Source of the DNA: Candidatus Omnitrophota bacterium
GTDB taxonomy: Bacteria; Omnitrophota; Gorgyraeia; Zapsychrales; Zapsychraceae
Length of the DNA: 46,235 nucleotides
Assembly (NCBI GenBank): GCA_029567025.1
Contig: JAKQLT010000058.1
Location: 1-46,235 of the forward strand
Direction of reading: 5' to 3'
A program made the position numbers and the translations under genes. The notes under the pieces were generated by a model, which saw only the letters and a list, made by a program, of their open reading frames with translations, had not been told where the DNA came from and ran no database searches. Of this stretch, positions 38,003-45,761 are shown in pieces. The first letter of the stretch is position 1. Each line of letters begins with the position of its first letter.

Positions 38003-39766
38003 ATGATAAAAAAGAAAAAGTTTTTTTATTTCATTTTTTTTGTTGTTATTTGCTGTTTATTTTTTTCAAAAGCGCTTTGTGCTCAAATAGCAGAACAAGC
38101 GGACATTGTTGATACAAAAGAAGCCAAAGGCATTGCGTTAATGAAAGGAGAAATAGCAACTCTAAAGGTGTATGATTTAACACGGATTTCTTTAACAGAT
38201 CCTTCCGTGGCTGATATTATTGAAGCTAAAGGCGATAAAATTTTATTAATCGCGCGTGAGGTTGGACAAACGGTTTTATTTTTATGGGATAAATATGGAA
38301 AAAAGACTTTTGTTGTGTATGTTTTTAACCAAAATTTGGAAGAAATTCAAAATCGTTTAATATCTCTTTTTCAAGTCGCTGAAATTGAAGGTATTCAATT
38401 GTCCATTAATAATAAAGAAGGAAAAATAGTGCTTTCTGGCGGAGTGCCAGAAGATAAACAAGATTTATTTAATAAAATTATAGAACCATTTTCTCCAGAT
38501 ATTATTGTATTAACAGAGAAAGAAAAACGCGATGATTTGGTGCAAATAGACATGCAGGTGACTGAATTATCGACGACATTATCACAAACCTTAGGTATTG
38601 ATTGGACAAATCAACTGAAATACAATGAAACATTACCGAGCTTTGACGGATCCGTTAAAGATTATTTTAAAATAGGAGATTTTAATCGTACCACAGCTCT
38701 TTTAGCAACGGTTAACGCTTTGCTTGTCGAAGGAAAGGCGCGTATTTTATCACAACCTAAATTAGTTGTCGTAAGTGGTGAAGAAGCGAATTTTTTGGTT
38801 GGAGGGGAAATTCCTGTTAGAACCGCAACGGTTAATGAAACAGGAACGGCTGAGAATGTGAATTATAAATCTTATGGTATTGGAATGACAATAAAACCTA
38901 TTATTCGTAAGAAAAAAATAGATATTACGTTAAGCACAGAAATTAGCGACGTGGATGCTTCTAATTCTTCAGAAGATAATGTTGCTTTTGTTACGAGAAC
39001 AGCGCAAACACAGTTGTTTTTAGAAGATGGCCAAACCATTGTTTTGGCTGGATTGATTAGAAGTACAAAAAGTCAAGAAGTTAAACAAGTGCCGTTTTTA
39101 GGAAAAATACCTGTTGTTGGATTATTATTTCGTAGTAAATCAACGCCTGCCGCTAATCAAGACAATGAAATAGTTATTTCTTTAACGCCGTATATTTTAA
39201 TGAATAAAAAAGATGATTTGGTTTTAGAGAATATGGAAAACATGCGCATACAAGAGAAAGCAGTCAATAATATAGCGCAAGAAAAAGAAGAACCAAAAAT
39301 GTTAGATATTCAGGATTCTGTTGATGAGAAGACTTTAGAACAATCTCAAAAAGTTGAGACGCTTGCAGAAAAATCACCGCTGATTAAAAAGACTGTCAAA
39401 GAAATGCCTGTGATTGATGAAAAGCCATTATCGGTGAATTCTTCAGAATATCTTTTTGGTATTCCGGAAGAATTGCAAGAGTATGTTAAAGATGTTCAAA
39501 AAAGAATTGCTCAAGCGATTTCTTATCCTCAGGAAGCACAAAGTTATGGTTGGCAGGGCGTTGTTAAAATCGGAATGCTTATTCTTAACGACGGAACGCT
39601 TGCCTTCGCTTTGGTAAAAGAATCATCCGGCTATGAAGTTTTTGATAACAACGCGTTAAAGGTCGCAAAATCTTTAGCGCCTTATCCGCGTTTTCCTGCG
39701 AATACGGATTTGATGGAATTAAGCATTACCGTTCCTATCGTTTATTCTTTGACCAAACAAAAATAA
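38003..39766 (+). CDS. cpaC: Tad-type secretin (CpaC/RcpA-like) fused to a C-terminal TonB_C-like domain
   Basis: Signal peptide. Pilus-formation N-terminal domain (..ISLTDPSVADIIEAKGDKILLIAREVGQTVLFLW..). Secretin core (ARILSQPKLVVVSGEEANFLVGGEIPV.., VPFLGKIPVVGLLFRS). Charged linker, then YPQEAQSYGWQGVVKIGMLILNDGTL..VKESSGYEVFDNNALKVAKSL..FP, which matches the TonB C-terminal pattern. Confidence 0.82.
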   Translation: MIKKKKFFYFIFFVVICCLFFSKALCAQIAEQADIVDTKEAKGIALMKGEIATLKVYDLTRISLTDPSVADIIEAKGDKILLIAREVGQTVLFLWDKYGKKTFVVYVFNQNLEEIQNRLISLFQVAEIEGIQLSINNKEGKIVLSGGVPEDKQDLFNKIIEPFSPDIIVLTEKEKRDDLVQIDMQVTELSTTLSQTLGIDWTNQLKYNETLPSFDGSVKDYFKIGDFNRTTALLATVNALLVEGKARILSQPKLVVVSGEEANFLVGGEIPVRTATVNETGTAENVNYKSYGIGMTIKPIIRKKKIDITLSTEISDVDASNSSEDNVAFVTRTAQTQLFLEDGQTIVLAGLIRSTKSQEVKQVPFLGKIPVVGLLFRSKSTPAANQDNEIVISLTPYILMNKKDDLVLENMENMRIQEKAVNNIAQEKEEPKMLDIQDSVDEKTLEQSQKVETLAEKSPLIKKTVKEMPVIDEKPLSVNSSEYLFGIPEELQEYVKDVQKRIAQAISYPQEAQSYGWQGVVKIGMLILNDGTLAFALVKESSGYEVFDNNALKVAKSLAPYPRFPANTDLMELSITVPIVYSLTKQK

Positions 39767-39784
39767 TCAGTATAATAAGTTTTT

Positions 39785-41950
39785 ATGAATGCAAAAACGA
39801 TAACACTTTTTAGTAATAAAGGTGGCGTGGGTAAAACTTTTATCGCGGTAAATTTAGCCGCGGCGTTGGCCATTTCTAAAAAGAAAGTTTTACTTTTAGA
39901 TTTTGACTTGCAAGCCGGCCAAGATATGGCCCGTGTCATTAATCTTTCCCCGAAAGCATCCATTATCGATCTTTTGCCTCGATTAGAAACAATTGAAAAA
40001 ATAGATTCGATGATCGAATTTGTCGCTGTTCATTCGTCGGGCGTTCATTTCTTACCTGCCGTGCGCGGCATTAAACAAATCAATCATGTTACTCCAGATA
40101 ATATCAAACCGTTTATTCGTAAGGCTAAAGAATTTTATGATTATATTCTGATTGATGCGGGCCGTTCGTTTAGTGAGACATTAATTACTCTTTTTGATTA
40201 TTCGAATTTGTTATTATTGGTGGCCACACCTGATATTTTAGCTGTTTATCAAATTAAAACGAGTATTGATATTTTGCAGAATCTTCAATTCCCGCTTAAG
40301 ATTGCAAAACTGATTTTAAATCGTTCGGAAAGTAGCGGAAGCGTGGCGTGGCAGGAAATTCGTACCGCACTTCCTTGTGAGATTTTCAGTCATATTCCTT
40401 CCGACGGAAAAGTAGTAGGTTTAGCCTTAAATCGTGGAATTCCGTGTGTTTTAGATAGTCCTAAAAGTAAAGTCGCTGAGTCTTTTATGCGCATGGCCCA
40501 GATGATTGAAAAAGATAAAGATCTTTTTGTGGAATCAACGGATATTGAAAAACAAAGGGCGGTAGAAAGCGTTTCTGCTCAAGGGCAATTTTGGGAAAAT
40601 TTTGGAATTTCTCAGCATGTGGCGGATGCGGCTGGCGCTATCACGGCTATTAAAGAAGATGATGAAATAACTATTTTAAAGAAAAAAATACATGAAAAAC
40701 TTATTGAGCGTTTAAATCTCGACGGGATTACGCCAGAGAAATTAAACGATCCACAAACGATAGCGCGTGTTAAAAAAACATCGGAACAGTTAGTCGGAAA
40801 TCTTTTAATGGAAGAAATGGGCGGGAAACAAATCGCTTCTCATGAAGAGCGTATTCATATTGTGAAAGACGTGGTCAATGAGGCTTTAGGATTAGGGCCT
40901 TTAGAAGATCTTTTGGCGGATGGCGATGTGACAGATATTATGGCGAATAATCGTAATGAAATTTATGTGGAGAAAAACGGCCGTCTTGTGTTAACCAATA
41001 AGAAATTTTTGTCTGATTCTCGCATGCGTGCGGTTATAGATCGTATTATCGCGCCTTTAGGCCGTCGTATTGATGAATCAACGCCGATGGTGGATGCGCG
41101 TTTGCCTGACGGTTCGCGTATTAACGCGATTATTCCGCCATTGTCTTTAAACGGTCCGATGATTACGATTCGTAAATTTGGACAGGAGCGTTTAACGGTC
41201 ACAGATTTACTGTCTCAGTATAAAAGTTTGACAGAGCCAATGTCAAAATTTTTACAAGCGAGCGTTGTGGCGCGAAAAAATATTATTGTTTCCGGCGGAA
41301 CAGGTTCAGGAAAAACAACTCTTTTAAACGTGTTATCTGAATTTATTCCTGATGGAGAGCGCATTATTACGATAGAAGACGCCGCAGAATTGAAACTCAA
41401 AAAAAGCCATTGGGCGCGATTAGAGTCACGACCGTCGAACGTTGAAGGAAAAGGCCAGGTAACCATTCGGGATCTTTTTACGAATTGTTTGCGTATGCGA
41501 CCTGATCGTATTGTTATTGGGGAATGTCGTGGCGCTGAAGTTTTAGATATGCTTCAGGCAATGAATACGGGACACGATGGTTCTTTAACCACTATTCACG
41601 CGAATTCCGCGCGCGATGTTTTGACGCGTTTGCATTCTTTAATTTTATTAAGTGGTATTGAACTTCCTGTTCGCGCTATTAATGAAATGGTGGCTTCCGC
41701 GATTCATTTGATCGTTCACATTAATCGTTATTCCGACGGTTCAAGAAAAGTGACTGGTATCGCGGAAATAGTGGGATTAGATAAAGATTTTCAGCCAGAA
41801 CTAAAAGATATTTTTGTTTTTAAACAGGCTGGCATTGACTCTGATGGAAAAGTGATAGGTTCTTATGTCCCAACCGGATACATTCCAAAATGTTATCAGG
41901 ATTTTATCACTCAAGGCATCAAAATTGATAAAAATATTTTTTCGCTTTAA
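39785..41950 (+). CDS. TadZ/CpaE-like ParA/MinD ATPase fused to TadA/CpaF secretion ATPase
   Basis: Residues 1-245 are ParA/MinD-like (FSNKGGVGKTFIAVNLA, LIDAG). Residues ~290-721 are CpaF-like (LGPLEDLL.D..VTDIM.N, Walker A GGTGSGKTT, IITIEDAAEL, RPDRIVIGECRG, NTGHDGSLTTIHANS). It is one uninterrupted 721-aa ORF. Confidence 0.85.
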   Translation: MNAKTITLFSNKGGVGKTFIAVNLAAALAISKKKVLLLDFDLQAGQDMARVINLSPKASIIDLLPRLETIEKIDSMIEFVAVHSSGVHFLPAVRGIKQINHVTPDNIKPFIRKAKEFYDYILIDAGRSFSETLITLFDYSNLLLLVATPDILAVYQIKTSIDILQNLQFPLKIAKLILNRSESSGSVAWQEIRTALPCEIFSHIPSDGKVVGLALNRGIPCVLDSPKSKVAESFMRMAQMIEKDKDLFVESTDIEKQRAVESVSAQGQFWENFGISQHVADAAGAITAIKEDDEITILKKKIHEKLIERLNLDGITPEKLNDPQTIARVKKTSEQLVGNLLMEEMGGKQIASHEERIHIVKDVVNEALGLGPLEDLLADGDVTDIMANNRNEIYVEKNGRLVLTNKKFLSDSRMRAVIDRIIAPLGRRIDESTPMVDARLPDGSRINAIIPPLSLNGPMITIRKFGQERLTVTDLLSQYKSLTEPMSKFLQASVVARKNIIVSGGTGSGKTTLLNVLSEFIPDGERIITIEDAAELKLKKSHWARLESRPSNVEGKGQVTIRDLFTNCLRMRPDRIVIGECRGAEVLDMLQAMNTGHDGSLTTIHANSARDVLTRLHSLILLSGIELPVRAINEMVASAIHLIVHINRYSDGSRKVTGIAEIVGLDKDFQPELKDIFVFKQAGIDSDGKVIGSYVPTGYIPKCYQDFITQGIKIDKNIFSL

Positions 41951-41986
41951 AAAGAAAATCATCATTGTAAGTTGTTTTCCTTCCTT

Positions 41987-42328
41987 ATGACAATTATTAA
42001 TCAAACCCAAAAGACAATCATTGCTCAAAATGTTAAAATCGCGCAAACATTATCTTCGCGGATTATTGGACTTTTAAATCGTTTTTCGCTTGATGAAAAT
42101 GAGGCGCTGGTTATTACTCAATGTCAGTCGATTCATATGTTTTTTATGAAATTTGCGATTGACGCGATTTTTGTTGATAAAAATAATGTTGTTGTTGGAT
42201 TAGTCGAAAATATTAAACCTTTCCAATTAAGTCCTATTTTTTTTAAGGCCAATTATGTTATTGAAGCGCCTGTTCAAACAATCTTGCGAACAAAAACCTG
42301 CCTTGGCGATAGAATAGAAATAATTTAA
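41987..42328 (+). CDS. DUF192-family protein
   Basis: ..RIIGLLNRFSLDENEALVITQCQSIHMFFMKFAIDAIFVDKNNVVVG.. matches the DUF192/COG1430 pattern. ATG at 41987 is preferred to the TTG at 41972. Confidence 0.65.
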   Translation: MTIINQTQKTIIAQNVKIAQTLSSRIIGLLNRFSLDENEALVITQCQSIHMFFMKFAIDAIFVDKNNVVVGLVENIKPFQLSPIFFKANYVIEAPVQTILRTKTCLGDRIEII

Positions 42329-42429
42329 CATTCAAAAGATGTCTTTTTTAATTGTTTTTATTATGTTATAGTGTTTCTATCTGGAAATCAATGTCCAATC
42401 TGGTCAAAAATAGAGAAATTTTATAAATT

Positions 42430-44247
42430 ATGGGTGTTATTTATAAGCTAAAACAAGAAGTTATTGATTATATTCTTCACATAAAGAAAGAAAATAATGA
42501 TTTTAGTTGCCGTCAAATTGCGAAAATCGCTTCCGATAAATTTGATGTGGACATTTCTAAATCTTCTGTAAATACTATTCTTAAGAATTCTCAATTAAGT
42601 AGCGGTGTCGGTCGTCGGGTTATTCAAAAAAAAGATTCGAGCCGCAAGTTTCAGATTCCTCAAGAAAGAAAAGAACAATTTCAAGAAACCATGAAACAGT
42701 TTGGTTTTGAAAAAGAAAATGTTGTTGCCATAGAAGAGCCGATAGCTGTACCGCTTTTGCCGGATGCAGTTAAGGAAAATCTTTTTTTGGAGCCCAAAAG
42801 CGATGATATCATGCTTTTGGAATCTCAAGCGCCAACATTATTAGTCTCGCAAGAACAACATTTGTCTTTAACCGATCAAACAGATTCAAAGCTGATAGAA
42901 GAAATAGATTTTTTACGCCAACAAAAACAGCAGGCATTTTCAAAAGTTTATACAAATGCAGGAGTTATTTTATTAAAAGCATTGTTATTGTTGACAGATG
43001 GCATCGGATTTTTATTGAAGATTATTAAAAAATATAATCCAGAACATATTTTTCCGGATAATTTTGAAGAGAGTTTAAATATTTTTCTTTTATTAAAGGC
43101 CTTAGGAATCAAAGATCCTTTTGAAGAAGATATTTCTTCTTACGCGGCAGGACTTTTGGGGCTACAAAAATCAGATAGCGCTTATGTGGGTCAGGCATTA
43201 GCCAGCGAAGATTCTCGAAAGATTTTTTTTCAGTGGAGCAAAAAAATACGCCTTTCTGATGATTTATTAAAGGAATACAGGAAAGAGAAAAATAATCTAT
43301 TTTTGAGCGTTTATGGCTTTAGGATAGAGTTGGAAGACAAAACAGTTTTATTGACAGATGCTTCTTTAAAATCTTTTTATAAAGAAATGGATTGTATTTT
43401 TCCATTGCCTTTTTATCATGCGATTCGTTTATTGTCTCAATATTTTATTGTGAATGAAAAGCCGATGGTTTTTGATTTTTCCGGAAATTCTTTGTTGTAT
43501 TTGCCTCAGATTGCCAAGATGTTCGATAATGTAAAAGAAAAGCGCGTTCAAAAAATATTTATCTTGAATGATCATCTGCAAGACATTTGTGAATTATCCG
43601 TCATTCCTCAAAAAAAGCGTCAATGGATAGCCCGTGTCGATTTTTCTTTTTTTGAAGGTATGGAAAAAACGGTTTCGGCGGGATCCCGTAAAAAAGTTTT
43701 TTATGATGCATTGTCCGACGAGATATATGATTTTTCAGAATTTCTTTGCCAGCTTGATCATAATCAAAACGTGAGAGCGTTTATTATTGAAAATAAATCG
43801 TGCGAGCGTTTAGCGACTGTTTTTTCTAATTGTTTTGAAATGGAATCTGAAGCTGTTGTATCGTCTTTTTTTATGCGTTTTATATTTAAAAATTCTTTTG
43901 TTAAAGAAAAAGTTTCTGTTACCGGATTTTTAAAGAATAATGAAAATGCGATAATAGAAAATTTTTCAGATTTGGCGGACGACTTTTTAAAAACGTTCGC
44001 GAATTATTTTACGCAGTATTTTTTGTCTGATAAGAATAAAGATAATAGTAGCGCTTGGAATGAATTTTTGAAATTGAAAGGCTCTTTCGATGAGACAAAA
44101 CAATTTTTACATGCGCTGTTTTATCTCGATGAAAAAAGTCCTTTTAAGAATGATTGTATTATGGCAATGCGCATTTTCAATGAGTATTTGATTTTGGATG
44201 ATAAACAGCGCAGGATTTTTTTAGATATTGCTAAAATCAACAATTAG
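42430..44247 (+). CDS. Hypothetical 605-aa protein with an N-terminal helix-turn-helix-like region
   Basis: The N-terminus FSCRQIAKIASDKFDVDISKSSVNTILKN looks like an HTH. The rest has no recognised motifs. Only one weakly hydrophobic stretch (AGVILLKALLLLTDGIGFLL), so it is not a TadB/TadC polytopic platform protein. Confidence 0.6.
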   Translation: MGVIYKLKQEVIDYILHIKKENNDFSCRQIAKIASDKFDVDISKSSVNTILKNSQLSSGVGRRVIQKKDSSRKFQIPQERKEQFQETMKQFGFEKENVVAIEEPIAVPLLPDAVKENLFLEPKSDDIMLLESQAPTLLVSQEQHLSLTDQTDSKLIEEIDFLRQQKQQAFSKVYTNAGVILLKALLLLTDGIGFLLKIIKKYNPEHIFPDNFEESLNIFLLLKALGIKDPFEEDISSYAAGLLGLQKSDSAYVGQALASEDSRKIFFQWSKKIRLSDDLLKEYRKEKNNLFLSVYGFRIELEDKTVLLTDASLKSFYKEMDCIFPLPFYHAIRLLSQYFIVNEKPMVFDFSGNSLLYLPQIAKMFDNVKEKRVQKIFILNDHLQDICELSVIPQKKRQWIARVDFSFFEGMEKTVSAGSRKKVFYDALSDEIYDFSEFLCQLDHNQNVRAFIIENKSCERLATVFSNCFEMESEAVVSSFFMRFIFKNSFVKEKVSVTGFLKNNENAIIENFSDLADDFLKTFANYFTQYFLSDKNKDNSSAWNEFLKLKGSFDETKQFLHALFYLDEKSPFKNDCIMAMRIFNEYLILDDKQRRIFLDIAKINN

Positions 44248-44259
44248 TTTTATTGTCTC

Positions 44260-44287
44260 TTGACCCTCCATAATAATATGATATACT
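44260..44287 (+). promoter_or_regulatory. Sigma70-like promoter for the pilin gene array
   Basis: TTGACC (44260-44265), 16-nt spacer, TATACT (44282-44287). Confidence 0.5.
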
Positions 44288-44314
44288 TTTTATGAAAGAG
44301 TGTTTTTAGCGGTT

Positions 44315-44470
44315 ATGATTATTTTAAAAAACAATCATAAAGGTCAAAGTATTATTGAATATGTTCTTGTCGCGACTATTGTCGCGGCCGCTGTTATGGC
44401 TATGAGCACTTATGTTTTTCGTTCGGTTCAGGCCACACAGCAAATGATTCAAAAGGAAGCTAATAAATAA
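44315..44470 (+). CDS. flp: Flp-family prepilin (51 aa)
   Basis: Not in the ORF track (short). My translation is MIILKNNHKG/QSIIEYVLVATIVAAAVMAMSTYVFRSVQATQQMIQKEANK*. It has the G/xxxxEY processing motif followed by a hydrophobic helix. An upstream in-frame GTG at 44300 is an alternative start. Confidence 0.75.
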   Translation: MIILKNNHKGQSIIEYVLVATIVAAAVMAMSTYVFRSVQATQQMIQKEANK

Positions 44471-44506
44471 TAAAATAATAAGAGAGAAAATAAAGGAGGA
44501 AAGCGC

Positions 44507-44719
44507 ATGTTAAGACAATATCAGGCAGGATGTTTTAAAAGAAAGAGAAAAGGACAAAGTACGGTTGAGTATATTATTTTAGTAGCAGGCGTTATTGCGG
44601 TCTTATTGATTTTTTTACGTCCCAACGGCCCTTTTCATACGGCTTTTAATGAAACATTAAAAACCGGAACAAATGGAATGGAAACTATAGCTGAAAGATT
44701 AAAAAATTCTCATTCATAA
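44507..44719 (+). CDS. Flp-like prepilin paralog (70 aa)
   Basis: RBS AAAGGAGGA. KRKRKG/QSTVEYIILVAGVIAVLLIF. Confidence 0.78.
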   Translation: MLRQYQAGCFKRKRKGQSTVEYIILVAGVIAVLLIFLRPNGPFHTAFNETLKTGTNGMETIAERLKNSHS

Positions 44720-44749
44720 AAAAGGTCATAAAAGATCAGGAGGCGTTTT

Positions 44750-45172
44750 ATGTTGAAAAAATTATTTAAAAATAAGAAGGCCCAAAATACCGCTGAATAT
44801 GCGATATTGATTTCTTTAGTTGTGGACGGGATTGTTGCTATGCAAACGTATGCTCAACGAGCTTTGCAAGCTCGCGTTAAAGATTCAGCTGATGTTATGA
44901 CATCTATTGTGGGTACTTCAGATGTTCAGAATTCTTGGAGTGATGTTGGCGGAAATGCTTTAGGTTCCACAAAACAATATGAACCATATTATTTAGCGCA
45001 AGATTATAATGTTTATCGTGATGATTCAGAAGAAAAAGGTTATGATACTGCGGGCTTTTATGTTGATTCTAATGGAGAAAGAAGGAGAAGAGGTAAACAA
45101 ACGACAACATATAATGAATCCGGCACAGTTGGTACAGGCATGAGTGGATTGTCCAAATCACCAACACCATAG
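44750..45172 (+). CDS. Flp/TadE-like pilin paralog (140 aa)
   Basis: RBS AGGAGG. KNKKA/QNTAEYAILISLVV, then YAQRALQARVK and a YEPYY motif. Confidence 0.75.
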   Translation: MLKKLFKNKKAQNTAEYAILISLVVDGIVAMQTYAQRALQARVKDSADVMTSIVGTSDVQNSWSDVGGNALGSTKQYEPYYLAQDYNVYRDDSEEKGYDTAGFYVDSNGERRRRGKQTTTYNESGTVGTGMSGLSKSPTP

Positions 45173-45220
45173 TAACATATGTAATAAAATAAAATATTTT
45201 ATAATTTTAAGGAGGAAATA

Positions 45221-45589
45221 ATGTTTAAATATTTAAATAAAAAAAGAGGTCAAAGCACTTTAGAATATGCGATTTTGATAATAATTATTATAGGCGCGCT
45301 TTTATCCATTCAGGTTTATATTAAGCGCGGTATTCAAGGCCGTTTAAAAGGCGCGGCGGATGATATCGGGGATCAATTTTCACCAGGAAATACGAATTCC
45401 AGAATAACTACAAGGACAATAAGTAATACTCAAGAAACAAATTATGGAGGTGAGGCTACGTCTGAATTGTTAGAAGATGAAGTTACAACGACTAATAAAA
45501 CGCTTAGAATTATTAATACTGATCAAGAATATTGGGGAGTATCTCATAGCGCTAGTGGTCAGGGTCAGATCCCGCAGAATCCTAATTAA
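45221..45589 (+). CDS. Flp/TadE-like pilin paralog (122 aa)
   Basis: RBS AAGGAGGA. NKKRG/QSTLEYAILIIIIIGALL, then YIKRGIQGRLK. Confidence 0.75.
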   Translation: MFKYLNKKRGQSTLEYAILIIIIIGALLSIQVYIKRGIQGRLKGAADDIGDQFSPGNTNSRITTRTISNTQETNYGGEATSELLEDEVTTTNKTLRIINTDQEYWGVSHSASGQGQIPQNPN

Positions 45590-45621
45590 TAATTTTTTAA
45601 AAAAATATTTTATAATATTAG

Positions 45622-45668
45622 AAACGGCTTGTTAGAGATAAGAAGTTTTCTGACAGGCCGTTTTTATT
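45622..45668 (+). terminator. Possible Rho-independent terminator after the fourth pilin gene
   Basis: Stem cggcttgt / acaggccg (extendable through A-T pairs), then TTTTTATT. The 20-nt loop is large, so confidence is moderate. Confidence 0.45.
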
Positions 45669-45761
45669 GGAATATATTATAAAATCCTCAAAAAGAAAAT
45701 GGTTTTTTATGAAAAATGTTGTATACTTTGAATAAGAATATTAATAATAAAGGAAATAGTT

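Noticed and set aside
42430-44247. Transposase or IS element
   Set aside because: There is only a vague N-terminal HTH and one motif-like stretch. I could not identify a DDE triad, terminal inverted repeats or target duplication. It stays a hypothetical protein, with domestication as a low-confidence idea.
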